DNA of 64,000 bases. Origin: Minisyncoccota bacterium. GTDB lineage: Bacteria > Patescibacteriota > Minisyncoccia > UBA6257 > UBA9933. The position numbers and the translations under genes were made by a program. The notes below the pieces were generated by a model, which was not told where the DNA came from, ran no database searches, and saw only the letters and a list, made by a program, of their open reading frames with translations. The stretch spans positions 6,896 through 70,895 of the forward strand of contig JBAZLC010000002.1 in assembly GCA_041650415.1 (NCBI GenBank), in the 5' to 3' direction. Positions 18,640-27,322 of this stretch are shown here, one piece after another (position 1 is the stretch's first letter; every line of letters starts with the position of its first letter).

Positions 18640-18730
18640 GGACGCCGGAGTCCCGCCTTAGCGGGACGAGGCGGTGCCCAGACCGAATCCCGCAAATGCG
18701 GGACGAGAGTCGCGGGCGGCTCCCCGTAAT
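18640..18730. ncRNA. GC-rich structured island (candidate small structured RNA or repeat element), strand undetermined
   Basis: ~90 nt of roughly twice the local GC content, with two hairpins GTCCCGC-CTTA-GCGGGAC and ATCCCGC-AAAT-GCGGGAC inside closing helix GGAGTCG...CGGCTCC. Sits in a convergent gap between tRNA-Gly and the trxB stop. Confidence 0.3.
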
Positions 18731-18731
18731 T

Positions 18732-19655
18732 TTAATTTTTATTCTCTATTCTCAAATAAGAGTAAATATTCAATGCGGCTTTCATGCCATCACCCATGGC
18801 AATATTCCCTTGTTTGTAAAGCACGTCTGTAACGTCACCGGCAGCCCAAATTCCGTCGACAGAAGTTCTTTGGGTTTTAGGGTCAACAATGATTTCGCCA
18901 ACCTGATTGGTTTCAACCAAACCACTCACAATTTCATTATTCGCCATGCGGCTGATTGAAATGAAAATTCCCTCAACCGCCAATTCTTTCATTTCACCGC
19001 CTTCACAACTTTGATATTTCAATCCGGAGACCGCTTTATCGCCCAAAATTTCCGTTATTGATATTCCAGTGATTATTTCCGCCTTACCTGAATTCCTTAC
19101 CTTTTCCTGATTAACCTCGTCCGCTTTCAAAATTTTCGAGCGGTCCAAAATGTAAACCTTTGAAGCGTATTCTAAAAGACTTATTGCCGACTCAAAAGCC
19201 GAATTTCCGCCTCCGACAACCGCCACAGCCTTATTTTTCATTAATGGCGCATCACAAGTGGCGCAATAAAAGACTCCTCTGCCCTCTAATTCTTTTTCAC
19301 CAGGAACATTTAATTTCCGGTGACCGGAACCGGAAGCCACCAAAACCGTTTTTGAACCAAAAACTTCTCCCTTATCAGTTTCAACGGAAAAACCGCCGTC
19401 TTTTTTCGTTATTTTTGAAACCGCGATTTGTTTTATTTCAAGCTCTTCCTGATCTCTTAAATGCGATTCCAAATTTTTCGCCAAATTAAAACCGGAGACC
19501 GATTTGGTTCCGATAAAATTTTGGATGTCGCCCGCCATAATCCACTGCCCGCCGAAAGAATCGGCGATAACCAAGGTCTTTATTTTTTTTCTGGCAGCGA
19601 CTATCCCCGCCGAAATTGCCGCGGGACCGCCGCCGACTATTATCAATTCGTACAT
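18732..19655 (-). CDS. trxB: thioredoxin-disulfide reductase
   Basis: N-terminal FAD motif IIVGGGPAAISAG; redox-active CATC; NADPH GxGxxA motif (VVGGGNSA). Confidence 0.9.
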   Translation of the reverse strand: MYELIIVGGGPAAISAGIVAARKKIKTLVIADSFGGQWIMAGDIQNFIGTKSVSGFNLAKNLESHLRDQEELEIKQIAVSKITKKDGGFSVETDKGEVFGSKTVLVASGSGHRKLNVPGEKELEGRGVFYCATCDAPLMKNKAVAVVGGGNSAFESAISLLEYASKVYILDRSKILKADEVNQEKVRNSGKAEIITGISITEILGDKAVSGLKYQSCEGGEMKELAVEGIFISISRMANNEIVSGLVETNQVGEIIVDPKTQRTSVDGIWAAGDVTDVLYKQGNIAMGDGMKAALNIYSYLRIENKN

Positions 19656-19658
19656 GTT

Positions 19659-19913
19659 TTATTTATTAAGATTCAAAGCTTTTTCTATTTCCGGCTTATT
19701 AAAGCCGACTATTATTTTGCCGTCTATGTCTATTACCGGAACGCCCATTTGGCCGGATTTTTCGACCATCTCTTTTCGAGCGGTTTCATCGCTCGCCACG
19801 TCGTAATTTTTATATTCAATCCCCTGTTCGTTTAAATATTCCTTTGCCATTTCGCAATACGGACAGGTTTGCGTGCTGTAAATTTTAACCATTTTTATAT
19901 TTTGATAAAACAC
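19659..19913 (-). CDS. glutaredoxin-like protein (NrdH/YruB-like)
   Basis: CPYC active site near the N-terminus; 84 aa; cotranscribed with trxB. Confidence 0.7.
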   Translation of the reverse strand: MFYQNIKMVKIYSTQTCPYCEMAKEYLNEQGIEYKNYDVASDETARKEMVEKSGQMGVPVIDIDGKIIVGFNKPEIEKALNLNK

Positions 19914-20084
19914 CTATTGGGACGAGCTCTTCCCAAAAATTTCCCACAAAGAAACTATCAACATTAGCGCGCCGGCGATAATATTCCCCCATAAGGCTAC
20001 GTTTATTTCCGAGAAACCCAGAACCCAGGGCGAAACAAAAATCCAAACGCCCAATACCAGCTGAATCCAATTAAGATGTTTCAT
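19914..20084 (-). CDS. SPW-repeat small membrane protein
   Basis: Manual translation MKHLNWIQLVLGVWIFVSPWVLGFSEINVALWGNIIAGALMLIVSLWEIFGKSSSQ shows the SPW motif and two TM helices. The track ORF 19885..20070 is in another frame and is rejected. Confidence 0.5.
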   Translation of the reverse strand: MKHLNWIQLVLGVWIFVSPWVLGFSEINVALWGNIIAGALMLIVSLWEIFGKSSSQ

Positions 20085-20156
20085 TTTTATTTTAATTTAA
20101 CCAAACGACCTTTAATTACTGATTGCCGAATAAATATTACAACTCAACGGGAAAAA

Positions 20157-20942
20157 TTACAACAAGGCATTTTTTATCTGCGGTAAATCTTCCGGATTTA
20201 TTTTAGCCAATGAATTTCCTTTAAAGCTCTGAATTATTTTTATGCCTTCTATGTCTATCGCCACCCTGTCTTCGGAGGCCAGAATCAAATCCGGCTCGCG
20301 GACAACGCCGCTCATCGGCCCGCCGGAAATAAAACATTTTCTCGCGTCCATAATAACCAAATCGGGATGGATTATTTTATTCAAATCGGCGATTTTTTCC
20401 TGAAGATTCATTAAGTGTAAAGGCACGCGCTGAGCCGGCTTCATAAAGCCAACCGAAATTTTTAAAGCTCCGGTAAATTGCGCCTGTTTATGAGTTTTAA
20501 GACATGGCAAAAGAATTAATTTGTCCGCTCTTCCTAAAATTTCCGGAATAGACACGCTTTTTAAATATTTAGCACCGGGAATTTCTTTTTTCACCCAAAC
20601 CTCGTCTTCAAAAACGTATATCCGTGGCGGAGTTTCCATTTTCAATAATTCAAAAACTCCGGCTTTCTCCATTATTTTTCTGGTATTAAACGTGACTGTT
20701 GAAGATTCCCCTATCATCGCCAGCTTGGCGCCAAAATCATAAACCAATTCAACGACGGCTTTCAAAAAATCAACGCTCGTCGAGGCGGGAGACGGGTCGG
20801 CGGTATTGTAATTCGGTTTCAAAAAAACCACGTCGCCCGTTTTAACGAATTTTTTAAACCCACCGATTTCATCAACCGATTTTAGAATTGCATCTTTGAG
20901 ATTAACGCTATCTTTTAAATTTATTTTTGAAACACTATTCAT
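20157..20942 (-). CDS. DUF362 domain protein
   Basis: VVFLKPNYNTADPSPASTSVDFLKAVVELV pattern typical of DUF362; 8-nt overlap with the upstream ABC permease suggests cotranscription. Confidence 0.55.
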   Translation of the reverse strand: MNSVSKINLKDSVNLKDAILKSVDEIGGFKKFVKTGDVVFLKPNYNTADPSPASTSVDFLKAVVELVYDFGAKLAMIGESSTVTFNTRKIMEKAGVFELLKMETPPRIYVFEDEVWVKKEIPGAKYLKSVSIPEILGRADKLILLPCLKTHKQAQFTGALKISVGFMKPAQRVPLHLMNLQEKIADLNKIIHPDLVIMDARKCFISGGPMSGVVREPDLILASEDRVAIDIEGIKIIQSFKGNSLAKINPEDLPQIKNALL

Positions 20943-22176
20943 ATCTCAACGCCTCTATTGGGCTTTTCTTTGAAGCCTGGCGGGCCGGATAAAGCCCGAA
21001 AACCAAACCTATTAAAGCCGCTACTCCAAAACCCAATAATGCTCCGCTTAAAGGAAAAGCGAACTGCCAGTTTAAAGAAAGAACTTTTCCCAGAACAAAC
21101 GCCATAAGCGCCGCAAGCGATGAACCCAAAATTATACCTATTAAACCGCCGGCTCCCGTCAAAATAACAGCCTCTAAAAGAAACTGAAATAAGATATTTT
21201 TTTCCGTGGCGCCGATGGCCTTTCTCAAACCGATTTCCCGAGTTCTTTCGGTAACCGAAACGAGCATTATATTCATAATGCCCACTCCGCCGACCAAAAG
21301 AGAAATCGCGGCAACGGCAACCAAAAACAAAGTTATTATACTCATAACCGTTCCCACCATCTCCAATGCGTCGGCTTGGCTTGAAACGTTAAAATCGTCT
21401 TCTTCCGAACCGGTTATATCGTGAGAATTTCTTAGTGTCCTCTCAATATCTCCGACCGTCTGTTCAACATGAGCATCGGTATCCGCTTCTATTATAATGT
21501 GGTTAAAATATTTTATTCCCAAAATATATTGCTGAGCGGTCGTGTAAGGAACTACTATTGCCTCGTCAAAACTTATCAAACTGGCGCCTTTTTTCTCCAA
21601 GACCCCGATTACCCGAAAATTTTTTCCTTTTATTTTTACTTTTTCGCCAAGAACGTTTTCATTATTGACAAAAAGCTTTTCTTTTACTTTTGCCCCGATG
21701 ACAACGACATCGGCATAACTTTTCGCATCATCTTCCATTAAAAATCTGCCCTCACCAACCGTAAGATTATACATACTGCCGGCGGCATCCGTCATGCCAT
21801 AAAGAGTCGCCTGATATGTTTCGCTGCCGTAGGCCACGCTCTCACTGCCAAAAACCATAGGCATAAGCTTGTTTAAGTAAGGCACGTTGCCTTTTTGATT
21901 AAGCGCGTCAACGTCTTTTTGTTTTAACGAATCGGAAAACATGGACATAAAATCGGACGGTCCTTTCGGTTGCCTGCCGGGAGCTATTTCTATTACTCTT
22001 GAACTGACTTGCCCTTGTATTTGTCCCAGTATCAAATTCTGCATCCCTTCGCCAAGCGACATAACCAAAATAATCGACGTGATACCGATAACAATTCCAA
22101 GAATCGTCAGAGCCGAACGGGATTTATGCGTTTTAAGGCCAATGACGGCCGTTTTAAACGTATATCGCAATGTCAT
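20935..22176 (-). CDS. ABC transporter permease, FtsX/MacB-like
   Basis: N-terminal TM, large periplasmic domain, C-terminal 3-TM FtsX domain (REIGLRKAIGA...). Confidence 0.8.
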   Translation of the reverse strand: MTLRYTFKTAVIGLKTHKSRSALTILGIVIGITSIILVMSLGEGMQNLILGQIQGQVSSRVIEIAPGRQPKGPSDFMSMFSDSLKQKDVDALNQKGNVPYLNKLMPMVFGSESVAYGSETYQATLYGMTDAAGSMYNLTVGEGRFLMEDDAKSYADVVVIGAKVKEKLFVNNENVLGEKVKIKGKNFRVIGVLEKKGASLISFDEAIVVPYTTAQQYILGIKYFNHIIIEADTDAHVEQTVGDIERTLRNSHDITGSEEDDFNVSSQADALEMVGTVMSIITLFLVAVAAISLLVGGVGIMNIMLVSVTERTREIGLRKAIGATEKNILFQFLLEAVILTGAGGLIGIILGSSLAALMAFVLGKVLSLNWQFAFPLSGALLGFGVAALIGLVFGLYPARQASKKSPIEALRYE

Positions 22177-22180
22177 AAAA

Positions 22181-22903
22181 TTATTTCATAAAATGATCTT
22201 TGCCGCTCCTTCTATGGTCGTGGTCAACCGCTTTATCACTTTCAATTTTACCGTCTTTCAAATGAATAATCCTTTGGCTGTATTCGGCGGTATAAGTTTC
22301 GTGAGTAATTAGAATTACCGTGTGTCCCATGGAATTAAGTTTTTCCAGAAATTCCATAATTTGCCCGCCGGATTTCGAATCCAAATTTCCCGTCGGCTCA
22401 TCGGCAAAAATAACTTGCGGTGAATTAACCAAAGCGCGTGCTATTGCCGTTCTTTGTTTTTCGCCGCCCGAAAGCTGGGAAGAAAGATGGTTGGCTCGAT
22501 GAGCCAGACCCACCATTTCAATCGCGTCCATGGCGATTCTGTCCCATGAATGCTCCTTAATTTTCGAATAAAAAAGCGGCAATTTCACGTTCTCGAGAAC
22601 CGTTGTTCTGGGAAGCAAATTGAACGACTGAAAAATAAATCCCATTTCTTTATTGCGGACATGAGCGAGTTCTTCTTTTGAATAATCATCCATTTTTTTT
22701 CCGCCAAAAAAATACTCTCCGCTTGTTTGGCTGTCTAAAAAGCCAAGTATATGAAGAAGTGTTGATTTACCCGAACCGCTCGGACCCATAATCGCCACAA
22801 ATTCTCCCTGCTCTATACCAAAAGAAATATCGCAAAGCGCAGGCGTTTCAACATCGTCGTCAGAGTACGATTTATTTATATTTTTTAATTCTATTAAAGG
22901 CAT
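22181..22903 (-). CDS. ABC transporter ATP-binding protein (MacB/LolD-like)
   Basis: Walker A GPSGSGKSTLL; signature LSGGEKQRTAIARAL; Walker B IFADEPTGNLD. Confidence 0.9.
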   Translation of the reverse strand: MPLIELKNINKSYSDDDVETPALCDISFGIEQGEFVAIMGPSGSGKSTLLHILGFLDSQTSGEYFFGGKKMDDYSKEELAHVRNKEMGFIFQSFNLLPRTTVLENVKLPLFYSKIKEHSWDRIAMDAIEMVGLAHRANHLSSQLSGGEKQRTAIARALVNSPQVIFADEPTGNLDSKSGGQIMEFLEKLNSMGHTVILITHETYTAEYSQRIIHLKDGKIESDKAVDHDHRRSGKDHFMK

Positions 22904-22915
22904 CTTTAGGTATAA

Positions 22916-24475
22916 CTATTTAACCGAGCCGGAAGCGGATATTTTTTCACCTTCATTAAGGCCGGAAACAACTTCAATATTGCCGTCAATTCCCCGAAGC
23001 CCGGTTTCTATTTTCCGTTTTTCAAGATTTGGAGTTCCATTATCTACCATTACGAATCTTTCCGTTCCTTCGGAAATAACGGCTCTTTGTGGAATAACCA
23101 AAACATTTTCACGCCTATCCGTTGAAATATCTATATTCGCCGTCATGCCCGATTTTATCCTATCGTCGTTTTTATCAAACTGGAAAGTCGTCTTGTAAGT
23201 CGCCACTCCCTCGACAATTGTTTCCGACGGGTCTATTTTAACCACTTTCGCTCCAAAAACAACGTCATCACCGTAAGCGTCGAGAGTAACCTTAGCTGAA
23301 TCACCGATTTTAACTTTGGCAATATCGGCTTCGGGAATTTTTGATTCTATCTCAAATTGGTTCCCGCTCATTACCGAGACTATTATCACGTTAGCCGAAA
23401 CAATTTCGCCTATTTTGGCTTCTTGCGCCGTTACCGTTCCGCTTATCGGCGAACGAAGAATTGTTTTATCCATTTGAACCTGATAATTCAAAATGTCCGC
23501 CCGGGCTTTTTCAACCTGAGCCTCTTGAGCGTTTATTTCTTCAACCGTTGAACCGGCTATTTCCAAATTTAATTCTTGTTGAGCCAAAGACAAAGCCGAT
23601 TGGGCATTTTTATAACTCGTTTCAGCAGTTGAAATGCTGTCTATCGCGGTGTTAATATTTGTTCTCGCCGCCGAAACTCCCGCTTTCCAGCTATCTATTG
23701 TAGTCTGCGAAATACTGGCGCCGGCGTTAAGCCCGTTCAAAGCCGAATTTGCTTTGTCTAAAAACACGCTTGCCTTATTAAGATTATTTCTGGCTTCCGT
23801 GATGTACGACGCTAAATTAGAATCAACCGTTATTTTTATCAGAGACAAATTCCAAGAAATCAACGCTTCTTCCATGGCCAACCTTTGATTTTCGATATCT
23901 ATTTTAAGCTGGCTGTCTGAAACGTAAAAATTAAGCTGAGGCGCGGGAATAGCCGGCGTCTTAAAGAAGCTATCCGCCTTATTACGAATAGCATCATCGC
24001 AAGTGGTATAAGAATTCTTTATTTTTTCGACGAGAGTTTTTTTGGATTCATCCAAAACCGTTTTGGCGTTATCAACCTTCGTCTGGCTAATTATTAATTC
24101 CTCTTCTCTGGTACCGCGAATTAATTCATTAAGCTCAGCCTCCTGGGTTTTTAAAGTCGCCTTTGCACCGGCAAGTTTAGCGTAAACTTCGGAATCATCA
24201 AGTTGAATAAGTGCCTGACCCGAGACAACCATATCGCCGACTTCGGTGTAAATTTTTGAAACTTTTCCTCCGGTTTCAAAAGCCAAGTCGACGTTTTCCG
24301 AAGACTTAACGCTTCCGGTAACGCTTACTTCTTGAAATATATTTCCAAGCTTGGCTTCAACCGTTTCGATTCCCGAACCAGTTTTGCGGTTAAGATAAAA
24401 ATAACCGCTTATCGCCAAAACCACGACTAAGATTACTATAATTAAAGTTTTTCGTTTTTTGATAAAATTTTTCAT
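22916..24475 (-). CDS. HlyD/MacA-family periplasmic adaptor (membrane fusion protein)
   Basis: N-terminal TM anchor, long coiled-coil, C-terminal beta-barrel/lipoyl-like segments. First gene of the ABC operon. Confidence 0.75.
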   Translation of the reverse strand: MKNFIKKRKTLIIVILVVVLAISGYFYLNRKTGSGIETVEAKLGNIFQEVSVTGSVKSSENVDLAFETGGKVSKIYTEVGDMVVSGQALIQLDDSEVYAKLAGAKATLKTQEAELNELIRGTREEELIISQTKVDNAKTVLDESKKTLVEKIKNSYTTCDDAIRNKADSFFKTPAIPAPQLNFYVSDSQLKIDIENQRLAMEEALISWNLSLIKITVDSNLASYITEARNNLNKASVFLDKANSALNGLNAGASISQTTIDSWKAGVSAARTNINTAIDSISTAETSYKNAQSALSLAQQELNLEIAGSTVEEINAQEAQVEKARADILNYQVQMDKTILRSPISGTVTAQEAKIGEIVSANVIIVSVMSGNQFEIESKIPEADIAKVKIGDSAKVTLDAYGDDVVFGAKVVKIDPSETIVEGVATYKTTFQFDKNDDRIKSGMTANIDISTDRRENVLVIPQRAVISEGTERFVMVDNGTPNLEKRKIETGLRGIDGNIEVVSGLNEGEKISASGSVK

Positions 24476-24870
24476 TCGCTTGTTACTCCGTCAAATTCAG
24501 GCGAATCGGCCTCCGCCTCTTGTTTAGTCGATCGCACAACGCCATCTTTATGATGAGCCGGCGAATAAATCGTGTAGAGCTTTAAATCATCCGTATCGGA
24601 AATATTAATAATGTTATGTTCAGCTCCAGCAGGAACGATAATCACCGTACCGTCGCTTAATTCGTATTCGTTGCCGTCAATAATACATTTTCCCAAACCT
24701 TTTTCAAAGCGGAAAAATTGGTCGTTGTCCGCATGCACCTCCATGCCAATCTCTTCCTTGGGTTTTAAACTCATTAACACCAACTGGCTGTGCTTTCCCG
24801 TATATAATACCTTGCGAAAATTATTATTTCCCAATGTATCTTTTTCTATATTTGTAAAAAATCCTTTCAT
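24472..24870 (-). CDS. cupin-domain protein
   Basis: GMEVHADNDQFFRFEKGLG...VIIVPAGAEHNIIN two-motif cupin pattern. Confidence 0.6.
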   Translation of the reverse strand: MKGFFTNIEKDTLGNNNFRKVLYTGKHSQLVLMSLKPKEEIGMEVHADNDQFFRFEKGLGKCIIDGNEYELSDGTVIIVPAGAEHNIINISDTDDLKLYTIYSPAHHKDGVVRSTKQEAEADSPEFDGVTSE

Positions 24871-24895
24871 GTTTTTATATTAAATTAATCTATTT

Positions 24896-25387
24896 TTATT
24901 TCGACTTTTTTAATTTTTTATTGTTTATTTTATCAATATATTTAGCCAAAAGCCAAGAACTGGACTGAACTTTTCCTCCGCGACCCATATTATTGACTAT
25001 CTTGCAACCGATTTTTTCACAGACCGCCGATTCTATCGTTGGAATATTTTTCGCATTCCTGTCTCCGCCTTTGGCGAAAATGTCGGGTTTTACTTCCATC
25101 AACGCTTTGCCTATGCTGATATCCTTTGTCCCCGGCTTATGTTTTGTTAATACAACTTTATCAACGGCTCTAAATGCTTCCAATATTTCTTTTCTTTCTT
25201 TTTGAGGCATAAAAAAATATCCCTTTTTTAACTTCAACCAATTATCGTTGTTTAAAATAACAACTAATTTATCGCCAAGTTTTTTTGCCTCTTTAAACAT
25301 TCTCACATGGCCGACATGAACCGGGTCAAATCCCCCGCTAACGGCAACCACTTTCGGCTTTTTGGTCGATTTTATTTTTTTTACCAT
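24896..25387 (-). CDS. cytidylyl/adenylyltransferase-like nucleotidyltransferase (HxGH family)
   Basis: VVAVSGGFDPVHVGHVRMF (HxGH motif), 163 aa; resembles HldE-C/TagD-like enzymes. Confidence 0.65.
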   Translation of the reverse strand: MVKKIKSTKKPKVVAVSGGFDPVHVGHVRMFKEAKKLGDKLVVILNNDNWLKLKKGYFFMPQKERKEILEAFRAVDKVVLTKHKPGTKDISIGKALMEVKPDIFAKGGDRNAKNIPTIESAVCEKIGCKIVNNMGRGGKVQSSSWLLAKYIDKINNKKLKKSK

Positions 25388-25397
25388 TACTTTGAAT

Positions 25398-25817
25398 TTA
25401 ATTTAATCCGTGCTCGTTGAAAAACTTCGTGTATAATTTATCAACTACCATAATGTGCGCCAAAAGCCAGTTGCCGGAATACGCGGCCATTTCTTCCGCC
25501 AATTTTTTAATATCGATGAGCGGATCGGCCATCTTTCTGAAGTATTCTCCCACGGCTTCGCGATATTCATTGTGTGCGTTTATGTGAAGAGGCGCGTCCT
25601 GATATTTAAATTTGTCAAAATAACTTTCTTCGGTACTTAAATGGTAAAAAGCATAATCGCCAAGCTCTTGCAAGCTTTTAACAGCCTCTTCTTTCGCTAA
25701 ATTTTCTTTCGCCGTCAAATCGATAATCCCATTCGCGATTTCAAAGAAATGCTTGTGTTGTTCATCTATTTCTTTTATCCCGACGCTGTATTTTTCTTCC
25801 CAAATAAATTTTTCCAT
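25398..25817 (-). CDS. hemerythrin-like metal-binding protein
   Basis: W..EKYSVGIKEIDEQHKHFF motif and His/Glu ligand spacing typical of bacteriohemerythrin. Confidence 0.75.
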   Translation of the reverse strand: MEKFIWEEKYSVGIKEIDEQHKHFFEIANGIIDLTAKENLAKEEAVKSLQELGDYAFYHLSTEESYFDKFKYQDAPLHINAHNEYREAVGEYFRKMADPLIDIKKLAEEMAAYSGNWLLAHIMVVDKLYTKFFNEHGLN

Positions 25818-25818
25818 T

Positions 25819-25962
25819 TTACTTTTTAATTAATTCATAAACTCCCAAGCCGACCAAAAAAACAAGGGCTATTATTGTTGAAACTATCGGCTCAAGCATG
25901 GCGGTAAATAAAACCAAAAGCGCCGCCAAAATCGAAACTACGCCTTCTATTTTATTAGCCAT
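25819..25962 (-). CDS. possible 47-aa small membrane protein (unannotated)
   Basis: Manual translation MANKIEGVVSILAALLVLFTAMLEPIVSTIIALVFLVGLGVYELIKK. Ends 1 nt before the hemerythrin start; two TM helices. Confidence 0.25.
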   Translation of the reverse strand: MANKIEGVVSILAALLVLFTAMLEPIVSTIIALVFLVGLGVYELIKK

Positions 25963-25987
25963 GACCTAATTATACAGCTCTGGAAAT

Positions 25988-26557
25988 TTACCGCAACTCA
26001 AAATCCGCCTTATCGCCTATTTTTACGCCAATTTCATCAGCCTTTCCGCCATTTACCTCCAAAACGTACTTCGCCGCCTTGTCGGGAGAAATGGACGGAC
26101 AATAAAGAGTTTCGCACGGCTGGACGTTTTTAGCGATATAAACGGCTTCTTTGCCGCCGCTCAGCCAAATTATATCAAGCGGAATAAGCGTATTTTTCAT
26201 CCAAAAAGAGTGCTTATTCTCGTCCAAAAACACAAATAGCATTCCTCCATTTTCTTCCAAAGCTTTTCTAAACATTAAGCCCCTCATCAACACTGGAAAA
26301 GAAGAAGCTATTTCCGCGTTAAAACAATTTTTACCAAAGCAAACCGGAGCGAATTTTGCCTCACCGGAAATCTGTTTGTTATCCGAAAAATACGCAAAAA
26401 CAGACACAAACACAAGAGCAATAAAAACAAAAATAATAATGGATAAAATCATTAATAAAAAATGTTTAATTTTCATAAACAAAAATAATCGTCCACCCGC
26501 CGCTCCGAAAATCAGTTCGGCGCGGCGAGTGGATGCCCGAAATTTTCGGTAATCCAC
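25988..26557 (-). CDS. DUF192 domain protein with N-terminal TM anchor
   Basis: GGMLFVFLDENKHSFWMKNTLIPLDIIWL matches the DUF192 core. Confidence 0.65.
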   Translation of the reverse strand: MDYRKFRASTRRAELIFGAAGGRLFLFMKIKHFLLMILSIIIFVFIALVFVSVFAYFSDNKQISGEAKFAPVCFGKNCFNAEIASSFPVLMRGLMFRKALEENGGMLFVFLDENKHSFWMKNTLIPLDIIWLSGGKEAVYIAKNVQPCETLYCPSISPDKAAKYVLEVNGGKADEIGVKIGDKADFELR

Positions 26558-26566
26558 TTTCTAAAA

Positions 26567-26776
26567 CTATTTTCGCGCCAATTTGCCGCAAATAATTAAA
26601 AGATAAATCGCGGCCAAACCGACCAAAGCGTAAACAACACGCGAAACCACCGACATATCGCCAAACAAAGCCGCTACTAAATCAAACTTCAAAATTCCCA
26701 CCAATCCCCAATTCAATCCGCCGACAATCGCCAAAACCAAAGCGGTCCAATCAAGAGCGTTTAAATTTTTTATCAT
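26567..26776 (-). CDS. DUF378 small membrane protein
   Basis: LDWTALVLAIVGGLNWGLVGI...VYALVGLAAIYLL pattern. Confidence 0.65.
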   Translation of the reverse strand: MIKNLNALDWTALVLAIVGGLNWGLVGILKFDLVAALFGDMSVVSRVVYALVGLAAIYLLIICGKLARK

Positions 26777-26820
26777 GTTTTAATTGGCAATCCGATGTTA
26801 ATAATTTCGACCTTTAAAAT

Positions 26821-27300
26821 TTAATAATTTAATTGCCAGATGGAAAAATTTAAAACCGAAGCGAATGAAACCCAAAAAAGATATGGTAACAAAAGCCAAC
26901 CGGCCGATTTTTTAATTTTCCAAAAAAGAATCAGATTTGCCAAAATTAAAACCCAAAGCAAAACAATTTCGGCAAAGGCCCAGAATGGGTTTTTTAACCC
27001 GAAAAACAAAACTGACCACAAAACATTTAACGCAAGCTGCGCCGCAAAAACCGAAATCGCGATTTTCTTTTTTTTATTTTCAATTTCGCTCTGCCAAACC
27101 AGATACAGAGCCAACCCCATAAAAATATAAAGCAATGTCCAAACAGGGCCGAAAATCCAGCCCGGCGGATTAAAAGACGGCTTTATTAATTCCTGATACC
27201 AGGAACTTACCGTAGACGCCGTAAAAAATGAACCAATAAAACCAGCCAATAAAGGCAAAAGAATCGAAACTCCGAATTTAACTTTTTTTAGAAGAACCAT
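26821..27300 (-). CDS. tspO: TspO/MBR family tryptophan-rich sensory protein
   Basis: 5 TM, Trp-rich; GWIFGPVWTLLYIFMGLALYLVW. Confidence 0.8.
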   Translation of the reverse strand: MVLLKKVKFGVSILLPLLAGFIGSFFTASTVSSWYQELIKPSFNPPGWIFGPVWTLLYIFMGLALYLVWQSEIENKKKKIAISVFAAQLALNVLWSVLFFGLKNPFWAFAEIVLLWVLILANLILFWKIKKSAGWLLLPYLFWVSFASVLNFSIWQLNY

Positions 27301-27322
27301 TTATTTCCTAAATTATAGCAGT

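Noticed and set aside
18640-18730. Tested the GC-rich island as a tRNA, tmRNA, RNase P RNA or SRP RNA
   Set aside because: No 7-bp acceptor plus T-arm geometry; too short for tmRNA or RNase P. I could not find the RNase P GGAAAGUCCGG-type or the SRP domain-IV consensus by eye. Kept only as an unclassified structured element.
19885-20070. Minus-strand 61-aa ORF
   Set aside because: Wrong frame. The overlapping frame from ATG at 20084 to stop at 19914 gives an SPW-repeat membrane protein.
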